From NCBI GenBank assembly GCA_963663545.1, contig OY760505.1, forward strand, positions 3,040,001 through 3,104,000: a stretch of 64,000 nucleotides of DNA. Reading direction: 5' to 3'. Position numbers and translations under genes: made by a program. Every line of letters starts with the position of its first letter. The stretch's first letter is position 1. Shown here piece by piece: positions 1 to 9,361 of this stretch. A model generated the notes under the pieces. It did not search any database. It was given only the letters and a program-made list of their open reading frames with translations, and had not been told where the DNA came from. Origin of the DNA: Candidatus Delongbacteria bacterium (GTDB lineage Bacteria > CAIWAD01).

Positions 1-450
1 GTTGAAGCCACCCTCAGCGATCCCGCCGGTGTGGCGACCGCCTACCTGTTTTACAGCCTCAACGGTGCAGCCTACGAAGGAAGCCTGATGAGCACTGCGG
101 ACGGAAGTCAGTGGGCCGGCACTTTGCCGGGTGTGGCCGCAGGTGGCGAAGTGCAGTACTACATCCACGCGCTGGATGCCAGTGCTGCGCGCAACATTGC
201 CAATAGCGAAACCTGTGTCTACTCCATCGCGGGCGAACTGGATGCGCCTATGCTGAGCATCGAACTCCTGAGCAGCGGAATCATTCAGCTGCAGTGGACC
301 GTGGTGGATGGAGCCAGCTCCTACAATGTCTACGAGGCACAGGAGTTTGGTGGTACAGAAACGCTACTGCTCACGCAGAGCGGAACAGAAACCCAGCTTT
401 CTTCGTTTGGCGATGGTTTGCGCTTTTACCGTGTGACCGCGGCGAACTAA
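1..450 (+). CDS. 3' part of a secreted/surface protein with Ig/FN3-like C-terminal modules (5' truncated by window edge)
   Basis: Frame open from base 1 to TAA at 448-450; beta-rich modules (VQYYIHALD, IQLQWTVVDGASSYNVY, RFYRVTA). Confidence 0.6.
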   Translation, partial: VEATLSDPAGVATAYLFYSLNGAAYEGSLMSTADGSQWAGTLPGVAAGGEVQYYIHALDASAARNIANSETCVYSIAGELDAPMLSIELLSSGIIQLQWTVVDGASSYNVYEAQEFGGTETLLLTQSGTETQLSSFGDGLRFYRVTAAN

Positions 451-522
451 GTAGCAGTAACACTGCGAATCGCCCATCGTGATTCCGATGAAAGTGTTCT
501 TGCAGGAAAGTGGGAGTGAATC

Positions 523-990
523 ATGCGAATTCAGACCTTGTGCGCCAGTGTACTGCTACTGTCGGGAATGGCTTTCTGCCAAACCTGGGAGCTTTCTGTG
601 CACCTGCAAAGCGGAGAGAGTGTGGCAATTGCACACAGCGACATTCAGCGTATCGAGTTTAGCGGCATCGATACCGGTGTGGAGGATCCAGCCGACGACG
701 CCCGGACCGCGCAGAATTTCGCGCTGTTGCGCAATTACCCGAATCCGGCCAACCCCAGTACTACCATCGAGTACTCGCTGGCAACAGCAGGGGAGGTCGC
801 GGTGCGCATTTACAACCTGCGAGGCGCGCTAGTGCGGGAGTTGGTCCGTGCGGACCAGACCGCCGGTCTGCATACTGTGAGCTGGGAGGGCACCAACGAT
901 GCGGGTGCCGGTGTTTCCAGCGGTGTCTACCTCTATTCCGTGGAAAGCGGTGACCAGGTCCGCACGCGGAAGCTGATCCTGGTCAAGTAA
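523..990 (+). CDS. Small secreted protein with FlgD-Ig/T9SS-type C-terminal sorting domain
   Basis: Signal peptide; NYPNPANPSTTIEY...IYNLRG...WEG...SSGVYLY...RKLILVK; SD GGGAG upstream. Confidence 0.85.
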   Translation: MRIQTLCASVLLLSGMAFCQTWELSVHLQSGESVAIAHSDIQRIEFSGIDTGVEDPADDARTAQNFALLRNYPNPANPSTTIEYSLATAGEVAVRIYNLRGALVRELVRADQTAGLHTVSWEGTNDAGAGVSSGVYLYSVESGDQVRTRKLILVK

Positions 991-1002
991 GCGGAGACTC
1001 GA

Positions 1003-3318
1003 ATGAAGAGAACTGCAACCCTCGCCCTTAGTCTGCTGGCCCTGTTCTTGTGCGCCCAGGCTCAAGAGCTGAACGTAGTCCACGAAAATGGACAAGTAAG
1101 CCAGTACAATCTGGCCGATATCGAAACTCTGAGCTTTCAACTGACGGCCGCCCGCGACGGCGAGCGCGTGGCCGACGACATCTTTCGCGTCCATACCCAG
1201 AGCGGATTGGCGCAGTTCATGGTTGAGACCGTAGACAGTGTTTGCTTTACCAGCGAACGCTACATGACCGTGTATCAGACCGGCGCAAGCACCGAGTTCG
1301 ATCTGGCGGAAGTGGACAGCCTGAGCTTTGCCAGTACGGCGGCCATGACGGTCCAGATTGGCTACGACGGCACGAGCGCCAGCGTGGTGAATCCACTGCA
1401 GGCCGACGGCGTGACGGTTAGCGTGAACGGTGCGGATGTGATCGTAACGGCGGCGGCGGGCTTGGAAGGCATCCTCTACGAGCTTTCCGGCAGCACGACC
1501 GACGGCATGTTCAAGATCTACTCCGACAGTGACTTCCAGCTGCGCTTGAACGGCGTGAGTATCACCAACAACGACGGCCCTGCCATCAACATTCAGGCCG
1601 ATGAAACCATCGATGTGGAGTTGGTGGAAGGAACCTCCAGCATCGTGACCGATGGCGAGACCTATGCCGAAGCACCCAATGATGAGGATCAGAAGGGCGC
1701 CTTCTTCAGCGAAGGTCAGCTGATTTTCAGCGGCACGGGCAGCCTGACGGTCAACGGTCTCGGCGACGATCAGCACGGTCTGGTCAGCGATGATTACGTG
1801 CAGGTTGAGAATGGCACTATCGTGGTGGCCAGTTCCTCCAAGGACGGCATTCACACCAACGAAGGCTACATGCAGTCGGGCGGCAGCGTGGACGTGACCG
1901 CCGACAGCGACGGCGTCGATGCCGGTGACGGCCCCGTGGAGATCACCGGTGGTAGCTTGGTCATTCTGATTGAGGACGACGATCGCGACGCGCTGAAGTG
2001 CGACGGCGAGCTGCTGATTGCCGGTGGCGACATCGAGATCTCCGTGGACGGCGACCAATCCAAGGGCCTGAACGCGGTGACAATTGAGCTTAGCGGCGGC
2101 GTGGTCGAAATCAACACCACTGGCGGCGCGGTGTTGGAAGAGTCCGGTTCCGGTTACGATCCATCCTACAACACTGCGGTCAAGGCGGATGAACAGGTGC
2201 TGCTGAATGGGACGAGCCTAACCATCAACACAACAGGTGCGGCGGCTCGCGGCATTTCCTGCGACGGCGATATCCTTGTCGAGTCAGGCAGCCTGAGTGT
2301 CACTTCCACCGGCGATGGCGGCACCTACACCGACGAAACCGGCACCCAGGATGCCTACACCGGCCCCTGCCTGAAGGCGGACGGCGACATCCAACTTCTG
2401 GGCGGCACCATCAATCTTGTCCACTCAGGCGACGGCGGCAAGGGCATTTCCGGCGACGCCAACCTGAGCATCGGTACTACCGGCAATGCTCCTGTTGTGG
2501 ACGTGCATACCAGTGGCGGACAAATCTCCATTGGCTGGAATGATGCCGCCGAGGCCAAGGCCATCTCAATGGACAGCTTGATCACCGTCGACAGTGGCAT
2601 CATCACCCTCTCCTCGCCCGATGACGCCATGAAGTCCAAGTACTGGATTGAAATCAACGGCGGTCTGATTGACATCACCAATTCGCTTGAGGGCATTGAA
2701 GCGCCCATGATCTACATCAATGGAGGCGAGATCCAGCTTAACTCCACCGACGACGGCATCAATGCCACCATGGGCAGCGATATCGAGGGAGATGACGGTA
2801 GCGAGCTACACATCACCGGCGGCTACCTCCACCTGAACGCGCCCCAGGGCGATGGCATCGACAGCAACGGAACGCTGGACATCACGGGCGGTACGGTGCT
2901 GGTGCACGGACCGCCCAACCAGCCCGAGGTGGGACTGGACGTCAACGGCACTTTCCGCCTGGACGGCGGTTTGGTCGTGGTTGCCCAGGTGAACTCCATG
3001 ATGGTGGAGTCGCCCAGCAGCCAATCCAGCCAACGCTCGGTTCTCTGCCGCCGCAATCAGGCGCTGAGTGCCAACACCCTCTTCCACATCGAGACCAGCA
3101 CGGGCACCAGCGTGGTCACCTTCAAACCCGGCCACAACTACTCCTGCGTGCTGTTTTCCTCGGAGGATCTGGTTCAGGGGACGACCTATCGCGTCTACAC
3201 CGGCGGCACCTGCACCGGCACCGAGACCGATGGCCTTTACGAGGGCGGCAGCTACAGTGGCGGCACCCTTCGTGCTACCTTTACTCTCAACAGTACGGTA
3301 CAGAGCGTCAACTTCTAG
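1003..3318 (+). CDS. Secreted Cthe_2159/DUF4353-type beta-helix carbohydrate-binding protein with three short N-terminal repeats
   Basis: Signal peptide; acidic repeated DGI/DGV/DAL...GG turns; GDGIDSNG motif. Confidence 0.8.
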   Translation: MKRTATLALSLLALFLCAQAQELNVVHENGQVSQYNLADIETLSFQLTAARDGERVADDIFRVHTQSGLAQFMVETVDSVCFTSERYMTVYQTGASTEFDLAEVDSLSFASTAAMTVQIGYDGTSASVVNPLQADGVTVSVNGADVIVTAAAGLEGILYELSGSTTDGMFKIYSDSDFQLRLNGVSITNNDGPAINIQADETIDVELVEGTSSIVTDGETYAEAPNDEDQKGAFFSEGQLIFSGTGSLTVNGLGDDQHGLVSDDYVQVENGTIVVASSSKDGIHTNEGYMQSGGSVDVTADSDGVDAGDGPVEITGGSLVILIEDDDRDALKCDGELLIAGGDIEISVDGDQSKGLNAVTIELSGGVVEINTTGGAVLEESGSGYDPSYNTAVKADEQVLLNGTSLTINTTGAAARGISCDGDILVESGSLSVTSTGDGGTYTDETGTQDAYTGPCLKADGDIQLLGGTINLVHSGDGGKGISGDANLSIGTTGNAPVVDVHTSGGQISIGWNDAAEAKAISMDSLITVDSGIITLSSPDDAMKSKYWIEINGGLIDITNSLEGIEAPMIYINGGEIQLNSTDDGINATMGSDIEGDDGSELHITGGYLHLNAPQGDGIDSNGTLDITGGTVLVHGPPNQPEVGLDVNGTFRLDGGLVVVAQVNSMMVESPSSQSSQRSVLCRRNQALSANTLFHIETSTGTSVVTFKPGHNYSCVLFSSEDLVQGTTYRVYTGGTCTGTETDGLYEGGSYSGGTLRATFTLNSTVQSVNF

Positions 3319-3344
3319 CCGACACCGGCATCATGGATCACACG

Positions 3345-3367
3345 GGGGCGCTGCGGCGCCCCTTTTT
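3345..3367 (+). terminator. Rho-independent terminator
   Basis: GGGGCGC-TGCG-GCGCCCC followed by TTTTT. Confidence 0.8.
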
Positions 3368-3613
3368 CCATCAACGCTTGCCTGCTGATCTGCAGCACGG
3401 ACAGATTCCATTGCTAACCCTGATGCTCTTTTCCGATCTTGCGCCCGCACGGCACTCCAGAATGTGAGGTGAGCATGCCCCGGGGAAGAAAGCAGAACGA
3501 CCTTTTTGTATCACATGGCGGTGAGCTACTGAAGGCTGCGGAGCTGCGGCACTACAGCATGCACTTCGCGGCGCTGGTGTGTCGCAAGGCTTAGGCCAGC
3601 GAGAGGAACAACA

Positions 3614-4741
3614 ATGAGCATCAACTGGATCTGCGGACTTCTGCTTTGCGCGAGCGCGGTGGCGCAGACTACGCTGGAACTGTCGGGTAGCAGTAGTGTG
3701 AGTTTTGATGTGGAAGAGGGTAAAGCCGCAATCCTGAATCAGAGCTACGAAGTGTATCACAATCCTATTCAAGGCGGCTACTGTGTGCTTTCCGAGCAGC
3801 AGTTGGTGAAGCACCACTTCGGCTGTGATGGCGTGTCGGGGTCCTTGCGCAGCCGTGCGTATGCTATCGAACAACAGGACTTTCCGCTGTGGTTTGTGGC
3901 CAGCGATGCCATTCATGCCGAGTTTGAGTTTCCTTTCTATCGAACCGGAGTGCCCTGGGCTGGCACAGTAGAGAGTGCGACTTCGTACTACAGCGCCATT
4001 TCAGGTGCGCATTTGCTTGATCTGACCAGCGACCTATTGGTGATACCCGAATCATCACATGGAGGCAGTCAAGTAAAGTTGCGCAGGCTCAAGGAGTCCG
4101 GAGGCCGTTGTGTCACACGCTACATCGGCTACTGCACAGGCGAAGCCAATGTCTGGAAGTACCATCAACGACCGAAGCTTCCCGAGGTGCGCCTTGTGGG
4201 TGTTGTTTCCATCGTCGACGAGCAGCAGTTGCTGGAGCAGGTGGCGATTGTTTCCAGTCGGATGTACGGGAGCAATATCTCGCCTTGGACGCCGCATGTA
4301 GAACTGCTCAGAGATAGCACTCAGGGTCCGGATGAAGCCGAACGCTGGTGGTACACCTGCAGCTACGATTCCCTTGCGGCACTGCGCTCCGTGGTTGTGC
4401 GGTTGTCCGTGATTCAGGGCCGCCTGGATCTTGAGGGTGCCGAACTCGCGGGAGGACTGCAGGTCATCGCGCTACCGCTGCCCGACTACCTGGATGACGA
4501 ACGCTACGCGCATCTCGATCTGCTGGAACTACCCGAGCTGCGTTTGCTGCGCAACGAGATCTTCGCCCGCCACGGCTACAGATTCCAATCGCCTGAGCTG
4601 CTGGCCCATTTCGTGCTGCAGCCCTGGTACAATGAAATGTTGCCTGCAGCCGAAGTAGGGGAAGAGGAGCTTTCCGATCGCGAGCGTGATACACTGCAGC
4701 GAATTCGCGAGCGGGAGGCGCTTCTCGCCGAAGAGAAATAG
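3614..4741 (+). CDS. Secreted protein with C-terminal YARHG domain
   Basis: LRLLRNEIFARHGYRF...F..QPWY; signal peptide; SD GAGGA. Confidence 0.75.
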   Translation: MSINWICGLLLCASAVAQTTLELSGSSSVSFDVEEGKAAILNQSYEVYHNPIQGGYCVLSEQQLVKHHFGCDGVSGSLRSRAYAIEQQDFPLWFVASDAIHAEFEFPFYRTGVPWAGTVESATSYYSAISGAHLLDLTSDLLVIPESSHGGSQVKLRRLKESGGRCVTRYIGYCTGEANVWKYHQRPKLPEVRLVGVVSIVDEQQLLEQVAIVSSRMYGSNISPWTPHVELLRDSTQGPDEAERWWYTCSYDSLAALRSVVVRLSVIQGRLDLEGAELAGGLQVIALPLPDYLDDERYAHLDLLELPELRLLRNEIFARHGYRFQSPELLAHFVLQPWYNEMLPAAEVGEEELSDRERDTLQRIREREALLAEEK

Positions 4742-4974
4742 GTTTTTGCTGCAACACATTTCCGCCGTGATCCAGAACGTGTGCCGTGCGATTTTCTTGT
4801 CAGGGTTTGCCGCTTCGCGGAAGGATCGAGGCCAAACATGGACAGCGAGCTATTGATGTGACACATTGCAGATGTTGCGCATAATAGAACACGGTACGCA
4901 TGGCTTCGCCGAGGTGTCCCGTGCGAAGAACGGGACACAAACCGATAGCGATCATGTTGCGAAGCACCAGACAG

Positions 4975-5010
4975 CGATACCGATACCGATACCGATAGCG
5001 ATACCGATAA
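4975..5010 (+). repeat. Hexanucleotide tandem repeat (CGATAV)x6
   Basis: cgatac cgatac cgatac cgatag cgatac cgataa. Confidence 0.9.
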
Positions 5011-5022
5011 GAAAGGGAGCGG

Positions 5023-5529
5023 ATGAAAATGGCTACTTACACACGGAGTATCACGAGCATCATCGTTCTACTTGCCACTCTGACGCTGCTCGTCGGCTGC
5101 AGTAGTACTCGCAGTCTGCGCCATCCGGCAAACAGTCTTGATGAAGTAAACGCCAAGCTGGCCCATCGTTGGGTGCGCATTCAGCTGTGCGATGGCAGCC
5201 TGCTCAGGCCGCAGTACAATGTCAGGGTAGACGCAGACAGTGTGCGCTACGATCAGCGCGGCGAGAAACAGGCGGTATCCACCAGCGAAGTTGCCACCAT
5301 CCACGCGCGCCGCAATCCCGGCGGCTGGTGTGGTGCCTTGCTGGGAGCGGCGGCCGTGCCTCTGCTGGTCAACAGTTCCGAATCTCTTGAGCGCAGCTAC
5401 GTGCCCACGGCGGTTGTTGTTGGCGTCCTCGCTGTGCCCGGTGCGCTGATAGGATACATGGTGGGCAGCAGTACTATGCGCTTCGATCGCCTGGTGTATG
5501 AGGGGCCGGTGGAGAAGTATCTGAACTGA
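5023..5529 (+). CDS. Putative lipoprotein with C-terminal glycine-zipper-like hydrophobic segments
   Basis: Lipobox LLVGC; SD GGGAG; GALLGAA and GALIGYMVG segments. Confidence 0.65.
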   Translation: MKMATYTRSITSIIVLLATLTLLVGCSSTRSLRHPANSLDEVNAKLAHRWVRIQLCDGSLLRPQYNVRVDADSVRYDQRGEKQAVSTSEVATIHARRNPGGWCGALLGAAAVPLLVNSSESLERSYVPTAVVVGVLAVPGALIGYMVGSSTMRFDRLVYEGPVEKYLN

Positions 5530-5570
5530 CGAGCTCTGTCGTATCACAAATCCTTAGCTCGGGGGGAGTC

Positions 5571-5807
5571 ATGAGCACCACCAAGTCGGAACGCAACTAC
5601 CGCCTGACCGGGATCACCTTTCTTTTATTCGCCGTGTTCTTTGCCCTCAACGAGGAGGTGACAGTCCTGCCCGGCGAGGAAGACTCACTCCTTTGGGTGA
5701 TATGGTTGCTCCTTGGTAGCTCCTTTATAGCACGTGCCGAACAACTGCGCAAACGCCGCCGCAGACATGAGACAGAGGAAGAGGACGCGCAGAACCCAGC
5801 CAAGTGA
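5571..5807 (+). CDS. Small two-TM membrane protein
   Basis: SD GGGGAG; two hydrophobic helices and a charged tail. Confidence 0.55.
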   Translation: MSTTKSERNYRLTGITFLLFAVFFALNEEVTVLPGEEDSLLWVIWLLLGSSFIARAEQLRKRRRRHETEEEDAQNPAK

Positions 5808-5867
5808 GTCCAACTGCGACCCAACTCGCAATGCTGGCATCGATACCAATGTCGATGACGAGGGAAG

Positions 5868-5897
5868 AAAAAGCCCCCACCGGATGGCAGGGGCTTG
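5868..5897. terminator. Terminator between convergent genes (U-tract on minus strand)
   Basis: AAAAAGCCCC...GGGGCTT stem. Confidence 0.55.
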
Positions 5898-5959
5898 ATG
5901 TATCACCGTGATACGCGACCCAAAAAGCCGCGAGCGACCAAAGGTCGCAACAGTGCACG

Positions 5960-7483
5960 CTACAGATCGAACTTGATGCCCTGGGCCAGAGCCGTCTTGC
6001 CCGACCAGTTCATCGTATTCGACTGACGACGCATGTAGAGCTTCCAGCTGTCGCTGCCGGACTCGCGGCCGCCGCCGGTATCCTTCTCACCGCCAAAGGC
6101 CAGACCGATCTCGGCGCCACTGGTGCCCAGGTTGACGTTGGCGATGCCGCAGTCGCTGCCCTTGTGACTCAGGAAGGTCTCGGACTCGAGGAAGTTGTTG
6201 GTGAAGATGCAGGAGCTGAGGCCCTGCGGGACGTTGTTCTGAATGTCGATGGCGTTCTGCACGTCGCCGCTGTAGGTGATGATGTACAGCAGCGGGGCGA
6301 AGGTCTCGTCCTGCACAATCTGCATCTCGTTGCGCACCTTGGCGATGCAGGGCATCACGTAGCAGCCGCCTTCCTTGTCCAGACGCTGGCCGCCGTAGAC
6401 GATCTCGCCGCCCTCGGCCTTTACCTTCTCGATGGCGTTTTGCATGTCCTGCACGGCGCCAGTGTCGATCATCGGACCCACCAGGGTCTCGGCGTCCAGC
6501 GGGCTGCCGATGGTGACGGTTTTGTAGGCGGCCACGAGCTTCTCGACCACGGTGTCCACCAGGGACTCATGCACGATGACGCGGCGGGTGCTGGTGCAGC
6601 GCTGTCCGCAGGTGCCGATGGAACCGAAGGCGATGTTGGGAATGGCCAGACTGAGGTCAGCGTTCGGTGTCACGATGACGGCGTTGTTGCCGCCCAGCTC
6701 CAGGATGGTGCGTCCCAGACGCTCGCCGACGATGCCGCCCAGGCGTTGTCCCATCGGCGTGGAACCGGTGGCGCTGATCAACGGCATACGACGGTCGCGG
6801 CTCATGGCATCACCGACGGTGCGGCCAGCGCCGATTACCAGGTTGCTGATGCCCTCGGGCAGATCGTTGTCGGCCAGGACCTTGGCCAGAATCTTCTGGC
6901 AAGCGACCGCCGTCAGCGGCGTCTTGCTGGAAGGCTTCCAGACCACCACATCGCCGCAAACCATGGCCAGCGTGGTGTTCCAGGCCCAGACGGCCACCGG
7001 GAAGTTGAAAGCGCTGATCACGCCCACGATGCCCAGCGGATGCCACTGCTCGTACATGCGGTGCATTTCGCGCTCGCTGTGTGTGGTCAGTCCGTAGAGC
7101 TGGCGGCTAAGACCGACGGCGAAATCGCAGATGTCGATCATTTCCTGCACTTCGCCCAGACCCTCCTGCAGGATCTTACCCATTTCCATGGAGACCAGCT
7201 TGCCCAGGTTCTCCTTGTTCTCGCGCAGAGCGTGGCCCAGCTGACGGACGATCTCGCCGCGCTTGGGGGCCGCAATCATGCGCCAGACTTTGAAGGCCTC
7301 GCCGGCGGTCTGCATCACCTGCTCGTACTCGGCCACTTCGCACTGGTGGACGGTGGCCAGCTTGCTACCGTCGATGGGCGAGAAGCTGTCGAGGTCCTTG
7401 CCGGTACACTCGAGCCACTTGCTTCCGGTGGAGGCACCAAGATTCCGCTCCTGGATGCCGAGGGCGTTCAGAACGTCCTTCAT
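5960..7483 (-). CDS. Aldehyde dehydrogenase family 7 (piperideine-6-carboxylate dehydrogenase/antiquitin-like)
   Basis: SAFNFPVAVW, LELGGNN, GQRCTS, ETFAP, GGGRESGSDSWK; SD AAGGAG. Confidence 0.92.
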   Translation of the reverse strand: MKDVLNALGIQERNLGASTGSKWLECTGKDLDSFSPIDGSKLATVHQCEVAEYEQVMQTAGEAFKVWRMIAAPKRGEIVRQLGHALRENKENLGKLVSMEMGKILQEGLGEVQEMIDICDFAVGLSRQLYGLTTHSEREMHRMYEQWHPLGIVGVISAFNFPVAVWAWNTTLAMVCGDVVVWKPSSKTPLTAVACQKILAKVLADNDLPEGISNLVIGAGRTVGDAMSRDRRMPLISATGSTPMGQRLGGIVGERLGRTILELGGNNAVIVTPNADLSLAIPNIAFGSIGTCGQRCTSTRRVIVHESLVDTVVEKLVAAYKTVTIGSPLDAETLVGPMIDTGAVQDMQNAIEKVKAEGGEIVYGGQRLDKEGGCYVMPCIAKVRNEMQIVQDETFAPLLYIITYSGDVQNAIDIQNNVPQGLSSCIFTNNFLESETFLSHKGSDCGIANVNLGTSGAEIGLAFGGEKDTGGGRESGSDSWKLYMRRQSNTMNWSGKTALAQGIKFDL

Positions 7484-7644
7484 TTTGTATGCTCCTTGAC
7501 AATGGGTTGACCCGTGGACATTGGGCTGGCGCATGCGCCTTAGCCTTTCCTATCAGCCCAACAAGATGCAAGTTGAGGGTCGCTGAGGCAATGCTGAGAG
7601 GGCCTGCAGCACCAAGCTTTTCCGAATTGCGTAGTGGAGGGAAG

Positions 7645-8211
7645 ATGAACTCGACTCTGATCCTGCTGATTTGCCTGGGACTGCTGGTGGTCTACGGTAT
7701 CACCATGTTCAACTCGCTCATCGCCCGTCGTAACGAGGTGGACAACTCCTTCAGTAGCGTTGATGTACTGCTCAAGAAACGCCACGATCTGATTCCCAAT
7801 CTGGTGGCCGCGGTCAAGCAGTACATGACCCACGAACGACACATTCTGGAGGAGGTCACCCGCCTGCGCAGCAAGCTGCAGGAGGGCGGAATGCCTCAGA
7901 AGGAGCGCTTCGCAACGGAGAACAAGCTGGGGTCCATGTTGGGCGAAATCAGCGTTGCTGTGGAAGCCTACCCGGAGCTGAAAGCCAACACCAGCATGAT
8001 GCAACTGCAGATGACGCTGAACGAAGTGGAAGAGCAGATTTCCGCCGCCCGTCGCGCCTATAACGCCGCTGTGCTGGCGCTGAACAACGCCATCGAGATG
8101 TTTCCCACCAATCTGCTGGCGGGACCGATGCGTATCACAAAGCGCGACTTCTTTGAGGCCGAAGCCACGGAGCGGGAGAACGTGAATGTCGGCGAGCTTT
8201 TCGGTTCTTGA
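7645..8211 (+). CDS. lemA: LemA family protein
   Basis: N-terminal TM; DVLLKKRHDLIPNLV, EAYPELKAN, RRAYN, FPTNL. Confidence 0.93.
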   Translation: MNSTLILLICLGLLVVYGITMFNSLIARRNEVDNSFSSVDVLLKKRHDLIPNLVAAVKQYMTHERHILEEVTRLRSKLQEGGMPQKERFATENKLGSMLGEISVAVEAYPELKANTSMMQLQMTLNEVEEQISAARRAYNAAVLALNNAIEMFPTNLLAGPMRITKRDFFEAEATERENVNVGELFGS

Positions 8212-9268
8212 TTCGGCCGAGGCCCGTAAGCGCCTTTCGCAGTTGGTGGAAAGCCTGGAGCAGCAGCGCGAGGCGCAGCTCTTCAAGCGCAACAAGGCTG
8301 CCATCACTGCCCTGGTGGGTGGTGGTGGGCTTGGTTTGCTGGCGCTGATGGCGCATCTGCCGCTGTTGGTGATACCCGTCGCTGTTTTCGCTTTGCTTCT
8401 TGTCACACGCAATAATACCACGTCTTACACGGCCTACCGTGAGCTTTTCAAGGCGACGGTGATACCCCTGCTGCTACGGGAAATGGTGCAAGGCGTGCAC
8501 TACCAGCCGCGCTACAAGATCGCCGATGGCGACATCAACGGCGGCGGCCTGTTTTCGAGCGGCGAATGTGTCTTCGAGGGCGAGGACCTGATCGAGGGTG
8601 TCATCGGCCAGACACCTTTTCAGCTATGCGATTTGCGCGTGGCCCGCAGACGGGAAACCGAAGAGGAGGGCTATCCCTTTCGACCCGGCCTCGGCGTTCG
8701 CATGGGCGGACTCGGCTCGCTGGTCGGACTGGGGGTCATGGCTGCGGGCAAGTTGGCCTCCGAGGGCGTCAGTCTGCAGGGCGGAAACTTCAACGGCCTC
8801 TACATGATCGCCGATTTCCACAAGTCCTTCAGCGGTCGCACGGTTGTCCTGCCCGACGTGGCGGAGAAATCGGTGGGGCACCTGGCCGGCCAGGGCATGC
8901 AGCGCAGAAACAGCCGCTACGGCGAGCTTATCGTGATGGAGAATCCGGATTTCGAGCGCGAGTTCGTGGTCTACGGCAGCGATCAGGTAGAAAGTCGCTA
9001 CCTGCTGACGACCTCGCTCATGCAGCGCATTCTGCGGCTCAAACAGCGCACACGCAGCGAGCTTTCAATGGCCTTCGTCGACAATCGCGTGCATCTAGCG
9101 CTGCGCAACTTCGGCGACATTCTCGAAGTGGATCTGCGGGAAAGCCTGCTGGATGGCAAGGCGGTGGAGCGCATTTACGGCCAACTGCACGACTGCCTGG
9201 GACTGGTGGACGAGTTGAACCTGAACACTCGCATCTGGAGCAAGGCCGCTGACTCCGCTGGACAGTGA
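8186..9268 (+). CDS. DUF3137-family membrane protein, copy 1
   Basis: EDLIEG, FNGLYMIADFHK, ENPDFEREFVVY..DQVESRYLLT, LNLNTRIWSK; follows lemA. Confidence 0.8.
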   Translation: MSASFSVLDSAEARKRLSQLVESLEQQREAQLFKRNKAAITALVGGGGLGLLALMAHLPLLVIPVAVFALLLVTRNNTTSYTAYRELFKATVIPLLLREMVQGVHYQPRYKIADGDINGGGLFSSGECVFEGEDLIEGVIGQTPFQLCDLRVARRRETEEEGYPFRPGLGVRMGGLGSLVGLGVMAAGKLASEGVSLQGGNFNGLYMIADFHKSFSGRTVVLPDVAEKSVGHLAGQGMQRRNSRYGELIVMENPDFEREFVVYGSDQVESRYLLTTSLMQRILRLKQRTRSELSMAFVDNRVHLALRNFGDILEVDLRESLLDGKAVERIYGQLHDCLGLVDELNLNTRIWSKAADSAGQ

Positions 9269-9361
9269 GCGGCTCCACCGGTATCACAGGTCCTGCTGCT
9301 GGACGAATTGTGTCACGGGCAGGTTGCCGGTTTCTGCTACGTGTACTTGAGCGGAGCGAAT

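Noticed and set aside
5023..9268. Other TGA-ending ORFs as selenoproteins
   Set aside because: The proteins appear complete at the TGA and I saw no adjacent Cys motif like the one at 30745
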